Virus record (IMG/VR): IMGVR_UViG_3300025730_000007
Span: 1-64,000 of that record
Direction: 5' to 3' (one strand)
DNA length: 64,000 nt
Source: a virus
Lineage: Duplodnaviria; Caudoviricetes
The first letter of the stretch is position 1. Each line of letters starts with the position of its first letter. A program made the position numbers and the translations under genes. The notes below the pieces were generated by a model. It was given only the letters and a program-made list of their open reading frames with translations. It did no database searches and was not told the DNA's origin. Below are positions 1 to 9,680 of the stretch, piece after piece.

Positions 1-2487
1 ATTGCCTATCTCGACATTGAGACGGACTCCAGGTTGACGTTCACGCGTAAGCACGAGATGCGAGTGCTCTGCGCTTGTGTGGTTGCGGGGTGTGATGCGC
101 CAGAGTCCGACGTGCGCAAGGGGGAGCACGCAATGTTCGTGCTCGACCACGACACTGACGTTGACGAGGCTCGATTGCTGATTGACCTGTTCAATTGGCT
201 TGAGACGTTCGACGTGGTTGCGGCGTGGTACGGGGACGGCTTTGACTTTGAGGTACTCCGCGCACGGGCTCGCGCGCACGGGCTCTCCATCAACTTCCAG
301 CGCTGGAGGTTCCTCGATCACCTTGAGGTGTTCAAAGGGCTTAATTCCCACATTGCGGAGAGCGGTGAGGAGAAGCAGAGCATGGCCCTCAATACCGTAG
401 CGCAAGCGGTGCTCGGTGAGGGTAAGCACGACTTCGATTCGAGCAAGACGTGGCAGGCATGGGAAGCGGGGGGTGCAGAGCGGCAACGGATGTTCGACTA
501 CTGTCGCCAGGACACCGAGCTACTGCTCAAGATTGAGGAGCGTACCGGATACATCGCATTGTTCGGAACCATGTGCGCCGCGTGCAAGCTATTCGTCGAA
601 ACGTACTCACTCAAGAGTACCGCACAGATGGACGGCTTCATGTTGCGTCTCGGCAAGGAGCGCGGGTTCCACTTCCCGAGCAAGTTCGACGAGCCCATCC
701 CCGACCGCTATGCGGGAGCCTTCGTGCTCCACCCGGAGTGCAAGGGCATCCAGCACGATGTTCACGTTGCCGACTTCAGTTCGCTGTATCCGAGCATCAT
801 CATCAGTTGGAACATGAGCCCTGAGACGGTCGACCACAATGTCCCGGTCAACGGCCCCATTGCCCCCCACCTCTGTCGCGCACCTTCCACGGGTATCTCG
901 TTCCGCACCGACATCGAGGGGATGCTCCCCGTTGCGCTGAAGACGCTCATCGCAATGCGCAAGAAGTGGAACGACCTCAAGGCGTCATTGCCCCCCGGAA
1001 CCCCGGAATGGGTAGATGCCGATCGTTGGAGCATGGCATACAAGGTGCTCGCCAATTCGTTCTACGGGGTGCTCGGTAGCATCTTCTCTCGGTACTATGA
1101 CAGAGGCATTGCCGAGAGCGTCACTACCTCTGGCGCATGGCTCATCAAAGCTACCATCCACGAAGCCAAACAATGGGGGGGATTCGAGACCATCTACGGG
1201 GACACCGACTCCATCTTCGTGGCACGCGAGGGGGACGGTTCCGAGATAGGCTCAGTCGGCTATACCGACTTCATGCGCTTCGTGGAGCATTGCAACGCCA
1301 ACCTCTACCCCGACATGCTCAAGCGGCAGGGGTGCAAGGCCAACCGCATCTCACTCGCATACGAAAAGGCATTCAAGCGCTTGGCCCTCGTCAGTGCGAA
1401 GAAGTATGTCGGTGTCTATGCTCATTACAAGGGCAAGCCGGCAACCGCTGACAGCAAGCCCGAGGTGAAGGGGCTTGAGTACAAGCGCGGTGACACCGTA
1501 CGCCTCGCGCGGCAGATGCAGGGGGAGGTGATTGACCTGTTCGTTCGCGCGGTCGAGTCGGCTGATGAGTATGACCGGCTCGTCGAGCGGTGGAAGCTCC
1601 GAGTGTTGGAAGCCCCACTCGACATTGAGGATGTCGTGCTCTCGCAATCGCTCTCGATGCCGATTGAGGAGTACAAGGCCAAGACACCCCCGGCCCATGT
1701 CCGCGTTGCATCGCTTCTCAAGGAGCGGGGCGAGGACGTGTCGGTCGGGGTCAAGATTGCCTACTTCGTAGTCGACGGCAAGCCGGATGAGCCGGGGGGA
1801 GCGAAGGTTGCCCCGGCCAGCGATTGGACCGGGGAGTGCGACCGTTTCGCCCTCTGGGAGAATCTGGTCTACCCCGCGACTCAGCGGCTCCTTGAGGCAT
1901 CGTTCCCCGAGTACGATTGGACCCGCCATGCGAAGGTTCGCCCCCGCAAGCGGCGAGGCAAGGGGGCAAGCGGCGAGGACACCTTGGCGCTACCGTTGCC
2001 GGCCCCTAGCAGCCTCACCAGAGGCTCGCAGGGGGCAACCCCGGCCCCAACCCCTCGGCCCCCGGCCCGAGCCCATGGGGGGCCGTCTGTGCTCCCCCGC
2101 AAGCCGGCCAAGCCAACCCCCCAACCCCCGGCCCCTGCGGAGCCCGTGGGAGGCTCGGGGCCGGCCCCCCTTGCCCGTACCACCCCCCGGCTCCCGCAAG
2201 CCTCCCAGGGGGCAACCCCGGCCCCTGCCGCAACACGTATTGCGGTCACGCTCGATGCCAGGGACCGGCCCGAGGATGACCCGGCCCCCATTGCGGCGGT
2301 CAAAGCGCTCGCCAGCGTGTTCGACGCGTTGCCGGTCGGGGCCACCCCTGTCAGGGTCACTCTGCTTCTCGACGGTGGTGAGGTGGAGTTGGCGGTAGAG
2401 CGGAAGGTGGAATTGCGGCGGAGTACGATTGCCACCTTGCAGAAAACGGTGCTCGGGCTTGGCAAGGTGGCATTGATTACGGCATAA
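1..2487 (+). CDS. polB: Family B DNA polymerase with 3'-5' exonuclease (5' end outside window), Pro-rich linker and extra C-terminal domain
   Basis: Frame is open from base 1 (IAYLDIETDS = ExoI). Also ExoII WYGDGFD, ExoIII YCRQD, motif A DFSSLYPSII, motif B KVLANSFYG, motif C YGDTDS. Confidence 0.97.
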   Translation: MAYLDIETDSRLTFTRKHEMRVLCACVVAGCDAPESDVRKGEHAMFVLDHDTDVDEARLLIDLFNWLETFDVVAAWYGDGFDFEVLRARARAHGLSINFQRWRFLDHLEVFKGLNSHIAESGEEKQSMALNTVAQAVLGEGKHDFDSSKTWQAWEAGGAERQRMFDYCRQDTELLLKIEERTGYIALFGTMCAACKLFVETYSLKSTAQMDGFMLRLGKERGFHFPSKFDEPIPDRYAGAFVLHPECKGIQHDVHVADFSSLYPSIIISWNMSPETVDHNVPVNGPIAPHLCRAPSTGISFRTDIEGMLPVALKTLIAMRKKWNDLKASLPPGTPEWVDADRWSMAYKVLANSFYGVLGSIFSRYYDRGIAESVTTSGAWLIKATIHEAKQWGGFETIYGDTDSIFVAREGDGSEIGSVGYTDFMRFVEHCNANLYPDMLKRQGCKANRISLAYEKAFKRLALVSAKKYVGVYAHYKGKPATADSKPEVKGLEYKRGDTVRLARQMQGEVIDLFVRAVESADEYDRLVERWKLRVLEAPLDIEDVVLSQSLSMPIEEYKAKTPPAHVRVASLLKERGEDVSVGVKIAYFVVDGKPDEPGGAKVAPASDWTGECDRFALWENLVYPATQRLLEASFPEYDWTRHAKVRPRKRRGKGASGEDTLALPLPAPSSLTRGSQGATPAPTPRPPARAHGGPSVLPRKPAKPTPQPPAPAEPVGGSGPAPLARTTPRLPQASQGATPAPAATRIAVTLDARDRPEDDPAPIAAVKALASVFDALPVGATPVRVTLLLDGGEVELAVERKVELRRSTIATLQKTVLGLGKVALITA
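2228..2245 (+). repeat. 18-bp quasi-palindrome CCGCAACACGTATTGCGG, copy 1
   Basis: In-frame in polymerase linker (ATRIAV). Confidence 0.98.
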
Positions 2488-2506
2488 CCACACAGAGGAG
2501 GCCACT

Positions 2507-3070
2507 ATGAGACGCGTGGAGACACCCCCACAAGCGGAGCCGGTCAAGCCGACTAAACCATACCCGTTCGCCGACTCCGCATCTCGCCGCTATGTTCGCA
2601 CTGACCCCCACATGGCGCGCATATTCGAGACGCTCTTTCAGGTCGACATCTGGGAGAACTTCAAACGGCTCAAAGCCGCTCTGCGGGTGGGCGAGAAGCA
2701 TCGCGACTATGCAACACTGATGAAGGCACTCGACGAGGCGGAGGACAACGCCAGACTCGCCCACTCGCTGTTCGTCAATGCCAAGCTGGTCGCGGAGCGT
2801 TTCGAGACTGATGCCTTGCTCATCGAGGCGGGAATGCGCAAGGAGGCGACCGCGTTGCTCCAAGGGGAGAAGACGGCGGGTCGTCTCAGCAAGGCAATCA
2901 CAGACGCCGATGTGGTGGCTCAGTGTGCCACCATGTTTCCAGACGAGTGGACCCGTATCCAAGTGGACCGCCGTCAACACAAGCTCACCGTCAGTCACCT
3001 GGAGCACTTGGTGACTTGCTGGACAAGCCGATGCCGTAGCCTTCAGACCATGGTGGCGAAGGTGCGGTGA
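2507..3070 (+). CDS. Helical phage protein, possibly UvsY-like recombination mediator
   Basis: GAGGAG RBS; helical 187 aa with KAITDADV segment; sits between polymerase and SSB/RecA. Function inferred from context. Confidence 0.4.
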   Translation: MRRVETPPQAEPVKPTKPYPFADSASRRYVRTDPHMARIFETLFQVDIWENFKRLKAALRVGEKHRDYATLMKALDEAEDNARLAHSLFVNAKLVAERFETDALLIEAGMRKEATALLQGEKTAGRLSKAITDADVVAQCATMFPDEWTRIQVDRRQHKLTVSHLEHLVTCWTSRCRSLQTMVAKVR

Positions 3071-3109
3071 AGCACCCTACGGGGAACGCACAACGCAAGG
3101 AGATTGAAC

Positions 3110-4315
3110 ATGCCAGGAATGGACCTCAACGCTTTTCTCGGACACTCGTCGACCGTCAGCACGCGGGGCAAGTATCTCAACAAGTGGAAGAAGAACAACC
3201 CGCCGCAAGTCGATGTCTGGCTCCACACGAAGGCACTCATTCAGTCGCTCTGGCAGCACGGCATTCCGCGTCTGTTCGAGAAGGAGGACAAGGCAACCGG
3301 CGAGAAGACCATCGAGGTGTGGAGTGGCTCGTGGGTCTGCTGGGAGGATGAGGAGGTACTCCAGAAGCAGTATCTCCGCGACCGCGATACCGGAGCACGC
3401 GCTTATCCGCCGTGCATCTGCCCCGTCTGCAAGCTCATCGAGTACGTTCGCGATGCAGTGGAGTCGGGCGAACTGAGTTGGACTGCTCCGTTGTTCCGCT
3501 TCGCGGGGAGCGACCCGAGCAAGACACTCATCATCCATGCCGGGGGGCTCTACAACGCATTCGGGCGCAGCGACTTGACCGAGAAGGACAAGGAGGAACT
3601 CAAGCAAGCCCGAATCTACCGCAAGGATGCGTGGAGGGAGAACGCAATGGCGAAGCTCTCCTACGTGTTCAGCGTGGTCGACAACGCCAACCCGCAAGAG
3701 GGGCCGCAGATTGCCATTGAGACTTCGCTTCTCGGAGACAAGGTGAAGGAGGTCATCAATGCGGCGATGATGGAGGCGGAGGATGAGGGCAACCCGCTCG
3801 TGAACCCCTACGCAATCCGCTGGATCTACCGCCCTGACGAGCAGCAATTCAACAAGAAGTACAATGCGGTCAAGATGGGCAAACACCCGCTCACGGCGGA
3901 GATTCGGTGCGTCATCTTCGACACTGACCCGCCGGACCTCAGCAAGATTGTGGCGCGGCGCGACCCCAACGTGCTTCTGGCTCAGTTGCAAGCGGCTCAC
4001 AAGCCGTACGCCAAGAAGCACGAGTTGCCGCTCGACGACCTGTTCGCCGATGCCATTGAGGAATGGGAGCGCAAGGGAGACACCTCGTTCAACCCCGATG
4101 ACTACGATGCAGAGGACGAGGCACCCAAGCCGGCCAAGCAGACAAGGCCGGCTCAACAACCCCCCAAGGCACCCAAGCCGGCCAAGGCGACGGCGCGTTC
4201 GTTGTGCTACGAGTGCGGGGAGTTCATCGACGAGGGGCAACCGTGCTCCAATTGCGGATACGACCCGAAGCCGTCTGGCCCCCCCATCGACCCGGACGAC
4301 GACCTTCCGTACTGA
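3110..4315 (+). CDS. Single-stranded DNA-binding protein (gp32-like) with Zn motifs and acidic tail
   Basis: GGAG RBS; CICPVC motif, C-terminal CxxC..CxxC ribbon, ends DPDDDLPY (SSB-type tail); adjacent to RecA. Confidence 0.7.
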   Translation: MPGMDLNAFLGHSSTVSTRGKYLNKWKKNNPPQVDVWLHTKALIQSLWQHGIPRLFEKEDKATGEKTIEVWSGSWVCWEDEEVLQKQYLRDRDTGARAYPPCICPVCKLIEYVRDAVESGELSWTAPLFRFAGSDPSKTLIIHAGGLYNAFGRSDLTEKDKEELKQARIYRKDAWRENAMAKLSYVFSVVDNANPQEGPQIAIETSLLGDKVKEVINAAMMEAEDEGNPLVNPYAIRWIYRPDEQQFNKKYNAVKMGKHPLTAEIRCVIFDTDPPDLSKIVARRDPNVLLAQLQAAHKPYAKKHELPLDDLFADAIEEWERKGDTSFNPDDYDAEDEAPKPAKQTRPAQQPPKAPKPAKATARSLCYECGEFIDEGQPCSNCGYDPKPSGPPIDPDDDLPY

Positions 4316-4392
4316 CACGCAAGCGTGACCCGCGTTGAGCCCTCCTTGCGCCTCATGGTGCTCGGGGGGCTCAACTCGTTTGGAGGTGCTCA

Positions 4393-5628
4393 ATGCGCAG
4401 AGTGATTACGCCAGAAGAACCGAAGATTGAGACTGAGGACTTCGACGTGGATGCCGCGATGGAGGCGGTCCCCCACGACCCACGGCAAGAGCGGTGGTCG
4501 GAGTTGGCAGGGGTTGCAGAGGAGTTCTCGTTGTGGAAGCCGGCCCCCGAGGTGCTCACTCAGGTGCGGAGTGTGCGGACCATCTTCCCCATGTTCGACC
4601 GTGCGACCCGCGTGTTCGGCTATCCCATTGACCGGGTGAACACGGTCCACGGGCCGAGCAACCACGGGAAGACGGCATTCAGTCTCGGGCTCGGGCTTTC
4701 GTTCCTCCGACAAGGGCATATCTTCGCGCACATTGACGCGGAGATGACAACCCCCGCAACGTGGATCTCCAAGCTCTTTGGGCAAGAGGTCAACAACCCC
4801 GGCTTCCTGGCAATGCGGCCCCGGAACTACGAGCAAGCGATTGACGGTGTGAAGCAACTCACCGACAAGCTCGCCGATGCACGGGCTCAAGGTAGGGTTG
4901 CCGAGGACACAACCGCTCTCATCGTGGTCGACAGCATTCGCAAGCTCGCCCCGAAAGCGCTGCTCGCCAAGATTGCCAAGGAAGGGGCCGACGGCTTGGG
5001 GGGCAGAGCAGCGCAACTGAAAGCGGCAATGAACCAAGCATGGCTCGACGACCTCACGCCGCAACTCTACCACACTGGAGCGTCGGTGTTGCTCATTGCG
5101 CGGGAGTCGGAGCGCCCGAATGCCACCGATGACGAGCGCAAGTATGACACCGCGTGGCAAGTGCAAGGGGGCCGGGGCATCATCTACGACGCAAGCCTCG
5201 TGATGCGTATCACTCGCTCTGCTTGGGTGTATGGCCCCAAGCGGGGGGACAAGGCCGGCCCCGTTCTCGGTGAGAAGATCAAGGTGTCAATCTGGAAGAC
5301 GAAGGTCGAGGGCAAGGACGACAAGCATGCAATCGGCTTCTTCCACTTGAGCAACGGAGCCCTCGTGCCCGAGGGGTTCGACCGTGCGAGGGACGTGCTC
5401 GAACTCGCAATCTCCTACGGCATAATCGAGCAGAAGGGCTCGTGGTTTGCCTACAATGGGCGGAATGTCGCGCAAGGCAAGGATGCAGTCGTCAAGGTTC
5501 TGCACGCCAACCACAAGCTCCTCAATCACATCGAGAATGCCTGTCGGGATGAGTTCAAGCCCGACGAACTGGTCCCCATGGGCCACGACACAGAGGAGGA
5601 TGTTGATGAAAGTGATAGTCACCGCTGA
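4393..5628 (+). CDS. recA: RecA/UvsX-like recombinase
   Basis: Walker A GPSNHGKT, HIDAE, Walker B LIVVDS, GGRGIIYDAS, C-terminal IIEQKGSWFAY. Confidence 0.95.
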   Translation: MRRVITPEEPKIETEDFDVDAAMEAVPHDPRQERWSELAGVAEEFSLWKPAPEVLTQVRSVRTIFPMFDRATRVFGYPIDRVNTVHGPSNHGKTAFSLGLGLSFLRQGHIFAHIDAEMTTPATWISKLFGQEVNNPGFLAMRPRNYEQAIDGVKQLTDKLADARAQGRVAEDTTALIVVDSIRKLAPKALLAKIAKEGADGLGGRAAQLKAAMNQAWLDDLTPQLYHTGASVLLIARESERPNATDDERKYDTAWQVQGGRGIIYDASLVMRITRSAWVYGPKRGDKAGPVLGEKIKVSIWKTKVEGKDDKHAIGFFHLSNGALVPEGFDRARDVLELAISYGIIEQKGSWFAYNGRNVAQGKDAVVKVLHANHKLLNHIENACRDEFKPDELVPMGHDTEEDVDESDSHR

Positions 5629-6346
5629 CTGGCACCTAGATTCGGTCACTCTGGGTGTCTCGCGGTTCGATGACCTGTCAGTGGCATTGCGCCAACTGAT
5701 GACGACGGCACTCCAAGAGCGCCCGAGGTTGTTCCTCTTTCTGGGCGACCTCTGCAACCCGGATCGGGGGGCTCGCACCCTCAAAGCCATCTCCACCGTC
5801 GCCCTCTATGCGCGGATGTTGGCCGAGAATGACATCGAGTCGGTGTGGTTGGCCGGCAACCACGATGTCGTCGATTCCAGCGATATCGTCAGTAGCCTCA
5901 CCCCGTTGGGGAGCATGCCGTTCCTCCACGTTGTCGAGAAGCTCGGTTCGATGCAGATTGACGGGTGGCACTTCGTGTTTCTGCCGTACATCAGTCGTGT
6001 TCTCCAAGCCGAGATTGACGTGCGCCGCTTCGTCGAGCGGGAGTGTGTGCTCGCCGCCGACAAGGGGTTGAGGACCGTCATCGCCGGCCATTGCACGCAT
6101 ATCGACGGGGCCGTCAATGGCAACGAGACAACACTGATGCCGAGGGGTCGCACAATGGCGTTCCCCACCGACATCGGCAAGCGCTACGGGGCAATCATGT
6201 TCAATGGTCACTACCACACTCGCCAACATACCCCGAGCGGCGTCTACATCCCCGGTTCGCTTGGCCGGTTCGACTTCGGGGAGGAACGCAACACCCCCTC
6301 GTTCTACGTCTTCGATACGGAGGTGAACCCATGGCCCGAAGACTAG
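5606..6346 (+). CDS. SbcD/Mre11/gp47-like metallophosphoesterase nuclease subunit
   Basis: ADWH, GDL, GNHD, GHYH motifs; GSL..FDFGE. Confidence 0.92.
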   Translation: MKVIVTADWHLDSVTLGVSRFDDLSVALRQLMTTALQERPRLFLFLGDLCNPDRGARTLKAISTVALYARMLAENDIESVWLAGNHDVVDSSDIVSSLTPLGSMPFLHVVEKLGSMQIDGWHFVFLPYISRVLQAEIDVRRFVERECVLAADKGLRTVIAGHCTHIDGAVNGNETTLMPRGRTMAFPTDIGKRYGAIMFNGHYHTRQHTPSGVYIPGSLGRFDFGEERNTPSFYVFDTEVNPWPED

Positions 6347-6801
6347 TGAACCCGCCACTCCCCTTCCCCACCGCAACACGTATTGCGGCGGACTACCTCA
6401 TTCGACCCGTCGACCTCGATAGCATCGAGTTCGTGACCGTCAGTATCCCCCGCACGAAGCGCGGGGAGCGCCCAACGGTGAAGGGGAAGTTCGTGCGTGT
6501 CGCGCCTCGCGTCGGGGCCACTGAGGCGCAAGTGCAAGAGTTCGTGAGGTGGGCCGAAGCCGATGGGGCCAAGGGCATCAAGGTGCTCGCCATCCCCCGG
6601 CCCGATGTCATCAGTGCTGACAAGGCGCGAGAGGTGATGGAGGCGATTGACGACCTCACGGGCGAGAACCGGAACAACACCATATCCACCGTCGTGGCCG
6701 AGCTTGTGGAGCAGTCGACCATCAGCGACGAACTGAAGCCCTTGCTCCTGCAATACTGCCAAACAACCCTGGAGGAGAGCGATGTACCTGACGACGATTG
6801 A
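6331..6801 (+). CDS. Probable separately encoded C-terminal part of SbcD-like subunit
   Basis: Own GGAGG RBS and ATG at 6331; lies between SbcD-like and SbcC-like genes; KFVRV strand followed by helical end. Confidence 0.5.
   Translation: MARRLVNPPLPFPTATRIAADYLIRPVDLDSIEFVTVSIPRTKRGERPTVKGKFVRVAPRVGATEAQVQEFVRWAEADGAKGIKVLAIPRPDVISADKAREVMEAIDDLTGENRNNTISTVVAELVEQSTISDELKPLLLQYCQTTLEESDVPDDD
6371..6388 (+). repeat. 18-bp quasi-palindrome copy 2
   Basis: In-frame in ORF 6331 (ATRIAA). Confidence 0.98.
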
Positions 6802-8785
6802 GGTGGAGAACTGGCTCCCCTTCAAGGGGGTACAGAGGATTGACCTGGAGGCTACGTGCTACGCGGTAGTCGCTGAGGTGGACGGCGAAGAGGGCCGCTC
6901 AAACTGGAGCGGGAAGACCTCATTCCTCGAAGCCATCCCGTTCGCTCTGTTCGGACTCCACCGCAAGCGCACCGAGGATGAGTGGATCTTCGACAAGGCG
7001 ACGAGCGGGGGAGTGCATCTGCACTTCAGCAACGGGGTTGTCGTCTCGCGTACGCGCAAGCGGGGCAACGCGACTGAGCTTGTGGTCGACGACAATGACA
7101 CCATCCATACCGGGGTGGAGGCGCAAGGCTTCATCGAGCGGATGCTTGCCATGAGCCGCGACGACTTCCTCAACACGAGCTACTTCCGGCAGAAGGACAT
7201 CGCTCGCATCGTGTATGCCAAGCCGGCAGAGCGCGCCAAGGAGTTCGCCTCGTGGTTCCGGCTCGGAATGCTACGCAAGGCGGAGGCTACCACCCTCGCA
7301 CGGCTCAATGCCTTGCGGGGAGAGGTCGACAAGCTCAATGAGCATCTCGCAGGGCTCACTCTCGGCATGGCGCAAGCGCTCGGGGAGGACAAGCCAGACC
7401 TCGCCGGCAAGACCGTGAGCGAGTATCTTGCACTCGGGTGGACCCGGCTCCAGTCCAAGCGCGACCGAGCGAAGGAGTACGCGGACCAGAAGCGGGTGGC
7501 CCACAATGCCACCCTGGAGGCGTATAGCGGGGTCAAAGCCGAGGCAGAGGCATGGCAGGGCCACTTCGCCAACGTCGAGCGTTATCGGGCGATTGTGGCC
7601 GAGCGCAAGGGGCTCGGGGTTGCCGACGCGGCAGGGGCCGCAACCACCGCAACACGTATTGCGGCGGAGGCGGCGAAAGCGCAAGAGGCCAAGGCTACCG
7701 CCGAGAACGAGGTGCGGAGAGCACACGACTTGCTTGTGGGTGAGTTCGACGGCGTATGCCCCGTCAACCGCATGCAATGCCCCGCAAGCGAGCAGATACT
7801 TGCGGCGGAGAAGCTCAACCGCAAGCGCTACGACAACGCGGTAGAGGCGTCGCGCAAGGCCGGCGAGGAATCGAGGCATCTGAACGGCAAGCTCGTTGAA
7901 GCCAACGCGGAGGCGCGGCGACAGCGGAACATCGAGAAGCGCAGAGCGGAACTTGACACCATTGCGGCGGAGTGCAAGCCGAGCCTCATCTACATCAACA
8001 CTCACCCAGAAGCCCCTAGCATCGACCACCTCAAGCGCGAGAAGGAAGCGGCGTATGAGGTGTTCGCGGATGCCGACCGCAACCACCGCAACCTCGCAGA
8101 GCTTGTGGAGGATTGGAAGCCGGGGACTGCGGAGGCGGCGAAGGCCGAGCAGCGCTTGCTTGAGATTGAGCAGGAGATGTCGGTGCTCCAAGCGGCGGCA
8201 GTCGTGCTCGGCAGGCAAGGGGCGCAACGGGTCATTGCGGAGCGCGTGCTCCAGGGCATTGTGCTCAGTGGCAATGCCAAGCTCCACGACTGCATGATTG
8301 ACCTGGAGTTCAACATCACATGGGCGCGTGAGGGCAAGGGGCTTTCCGACGTATGCACCTCTTGCGGCTTCCCCTTGCCGGCCAGTCAGCGGGTCAAGCG
8401 GTGTCCGCGTTGTGACGCGGAGCGCGGCAACAAGACCATCGACAAGAGTGACATTCTCTTCTCCGACCGCTCTGGTGCGGCGGAGGACATCATTGGAGGG
8501 GTCATTCGCTTGGAGGCGGGGAGTTGGTTCAAGCGCGACCGTGGCAGTCAATGGGGGGTACTCCTTATCGACGAGCCGTTCGGCGCGCTCGACGAGGCCA
8601 ACCGCGACGCGTTCACCCGCCTCCTTCTGAGCGCTTGCACGCTGGACCAGGGCAACCCTCAAGCGTTCGTTGTGGCCCATCACAACGACGTTATGAGCAC
8701 GATGCCGGCCATGATTCGCGTGCAACGCCACGAGGGCTATTCGACAGTCACGGCAATTGGAGAGGAGGCTCTCAATGAGGAGTGA
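6782..8785 (+). CDS. SbcC/Rad50/gp46-like SMC ATPase
   Basis: Walker A SNWSGKTS, long coiled coil, central CPVNRMQC hook, Walker B/D-loop LLIDEPFGALD, H-loop VVAHH. Confidence 0.93.
   Translation: MYLTTIEVENWLPFKGVQRIDLEATCYAVVAEVDGEEGRSNWSGKTSFLEAIPFALFGLHRKRTEDEWIFDKATSGGVHLHFSNGVVVSRTRKRGNATELVVDDNDTIHTGVEAQGFIERMLAMSRDDFLNTSYFRQKDIARIVYAKPAERAKEFASWFRLGMLRKAEATTLARLNALRGEVDKLNEHLAGLTLGMAQALGEDKPDLAGKTVSEYLALGWTRLQSKRDRAKEYADQKRVAHNATLEAYSGVKAEAEAWQGHFANVERYRAIVAERKGLGVADAAGAATTATRIAAEAAKAQEAKATAENEVRRAHDLLVGEFDGVCPVNRMQCPASEQILAAEKLNRKRYDNAVEASRKAGEESRHLNGKLVEANAEARRQRNIEKRRAELDTIAAECKPSLIYINTHPEAPSIDHLKREKEAAYEVFADADRNHRNLAELVEDWKPGTAEAAKAEQRLLEIEQEMSVLQAAAVVLGRQGAQRVIAERVLQGIVLSGNAKLHDCMIDLEFNITWAREGKGLSDVCTSCGFPLPASQRVKRCPRCDAERGNKTIDKSDILFSDRSGAAEDIIGGVIRLEAGSWFKRDRGSQWGVLLIDEPFGALDEANRDAFTRLLLSACTLDQGNPQAFVVAHHNDVMSTMPAMIRVQRHEGYSTVTAIGEEALNEE
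7647..7664 (+). repeat. 18-bp quasi-palindrome copy 3
   Basis: In-frame in SbcC coiled coil (ATRIAA). Confidence 0.98.
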
Positions 8786-9308
8786 CCGCAAGGGCAAGGC
8801 CGGGGAGCGGGAGGTATGCAAGCTCCTCATGGAGTGGTGGACTCCTCACTACCCCGGAGCCGTGTTCGTGAAGACGCCGGGGTCAGGGGGGTGGGGAGGA
8901 GCAAGCCGCTTCCACCAGAAGGTCAAGGCCGGAATGAGGGCTAGCGGAGACGTGATGACGACACTGGAGGAGTTCCCCTTCAGTGTCGAGGTGAAGCGGG
9001 AGCAGAACTGGTCAATGCAACGGCTCTTGGATGGCCGGCCAAGCCCCGTCTGGCAATGGTGGATTCAGGCCCAGACACAAGCCGACAAGGACAGCCTTGT
9101 TCCTATGCTCTGGTTCCGCCGCAACCGGGAGCCGTGGCACGTCTTCCTTCCGTTCGAGTACGCGAAGCGCTACCCTGTCCCCCCACCCGAGCAAGCATGG
9201 AGTCGGGCAACGTTGCTCGGTGTTGACCATGGTGGGATGGTCCCCGTCATGTACGCCGCAGAAGCGTTGGTGACAGTCAATCCCAAGGTGTTCGTGGAGG
9301 AGCAATGA
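8775..9308 (+). CDS. Holliday junction resolvase (Hjc-like PD-(D/E)XK)
   Basis: KGKAGERE, SGG, GDV, VEVKR motifs. Confidence 0.85.
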   Translation: MRSDRKGKAGEREVCKLLMEWWTPHYPGAVFVKTPGSGGWGGASRFHQKVKAGMRASGDVMTTLEEFPFSVEVKREQNWSMQRLLDGRPSPVWQWWIQAQTQADKDSLVPMLWFRRNREPWHVFLPFEYAKRYPVPPPEQAWSRATLLGVDHGGMVPVMYAAEALVTVNPKVFVEEQ

Positions 9309-9679
9309 AGCGCAAGTCGTGGCTCAAGGTGGTAGTCGAGAAGCTCGCAGGCAAGGAGGAAGCCCCTGAGCCTCCCGACGTTTTCAGAGCCCTTGCGCGG
9401 GACTTCTCCCGTCACAACCCGGAGGCAACCGTGGGGGACTGGATTGAGCTATTCACTCACGGTTGCCGCGAGGCTTGGCGAGGGGGTTACAGAGCCGGAT
9501 TCGAGACTAAGATGCTCGGGAGTGTGGAGTTGCCCCCACCCATTGTTGACGACGCTCTCTATGAGGAAGAAGCCGGCCCCGTCGACCTCGATGCGGTGGT
9601 TCCGCTTCAGCAAGGGGGGGCCATGCGCAACGTGTCATTCACAGACGACCACGGGCTCGTCATCAGTGAGGAGGATTGA
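9305..9679 (+). CDS. Hypothetical protein
   Basis: ATGA-coupled to resolvase, GGAGGAG RBS. Confidence 0.7.
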   Translation: MKRKSWLKVVVEKLAGKEEAPEPPDVFRALARDFSRHNPEATVGDWIELFTHGCREAWRGGYRAGFETKMLGSVELPPPIVDDALYEEEAGPVDLDAVVPLQQGGAMRNVSFTDDHGLVISEED

Positions 9680-9680
9680 G

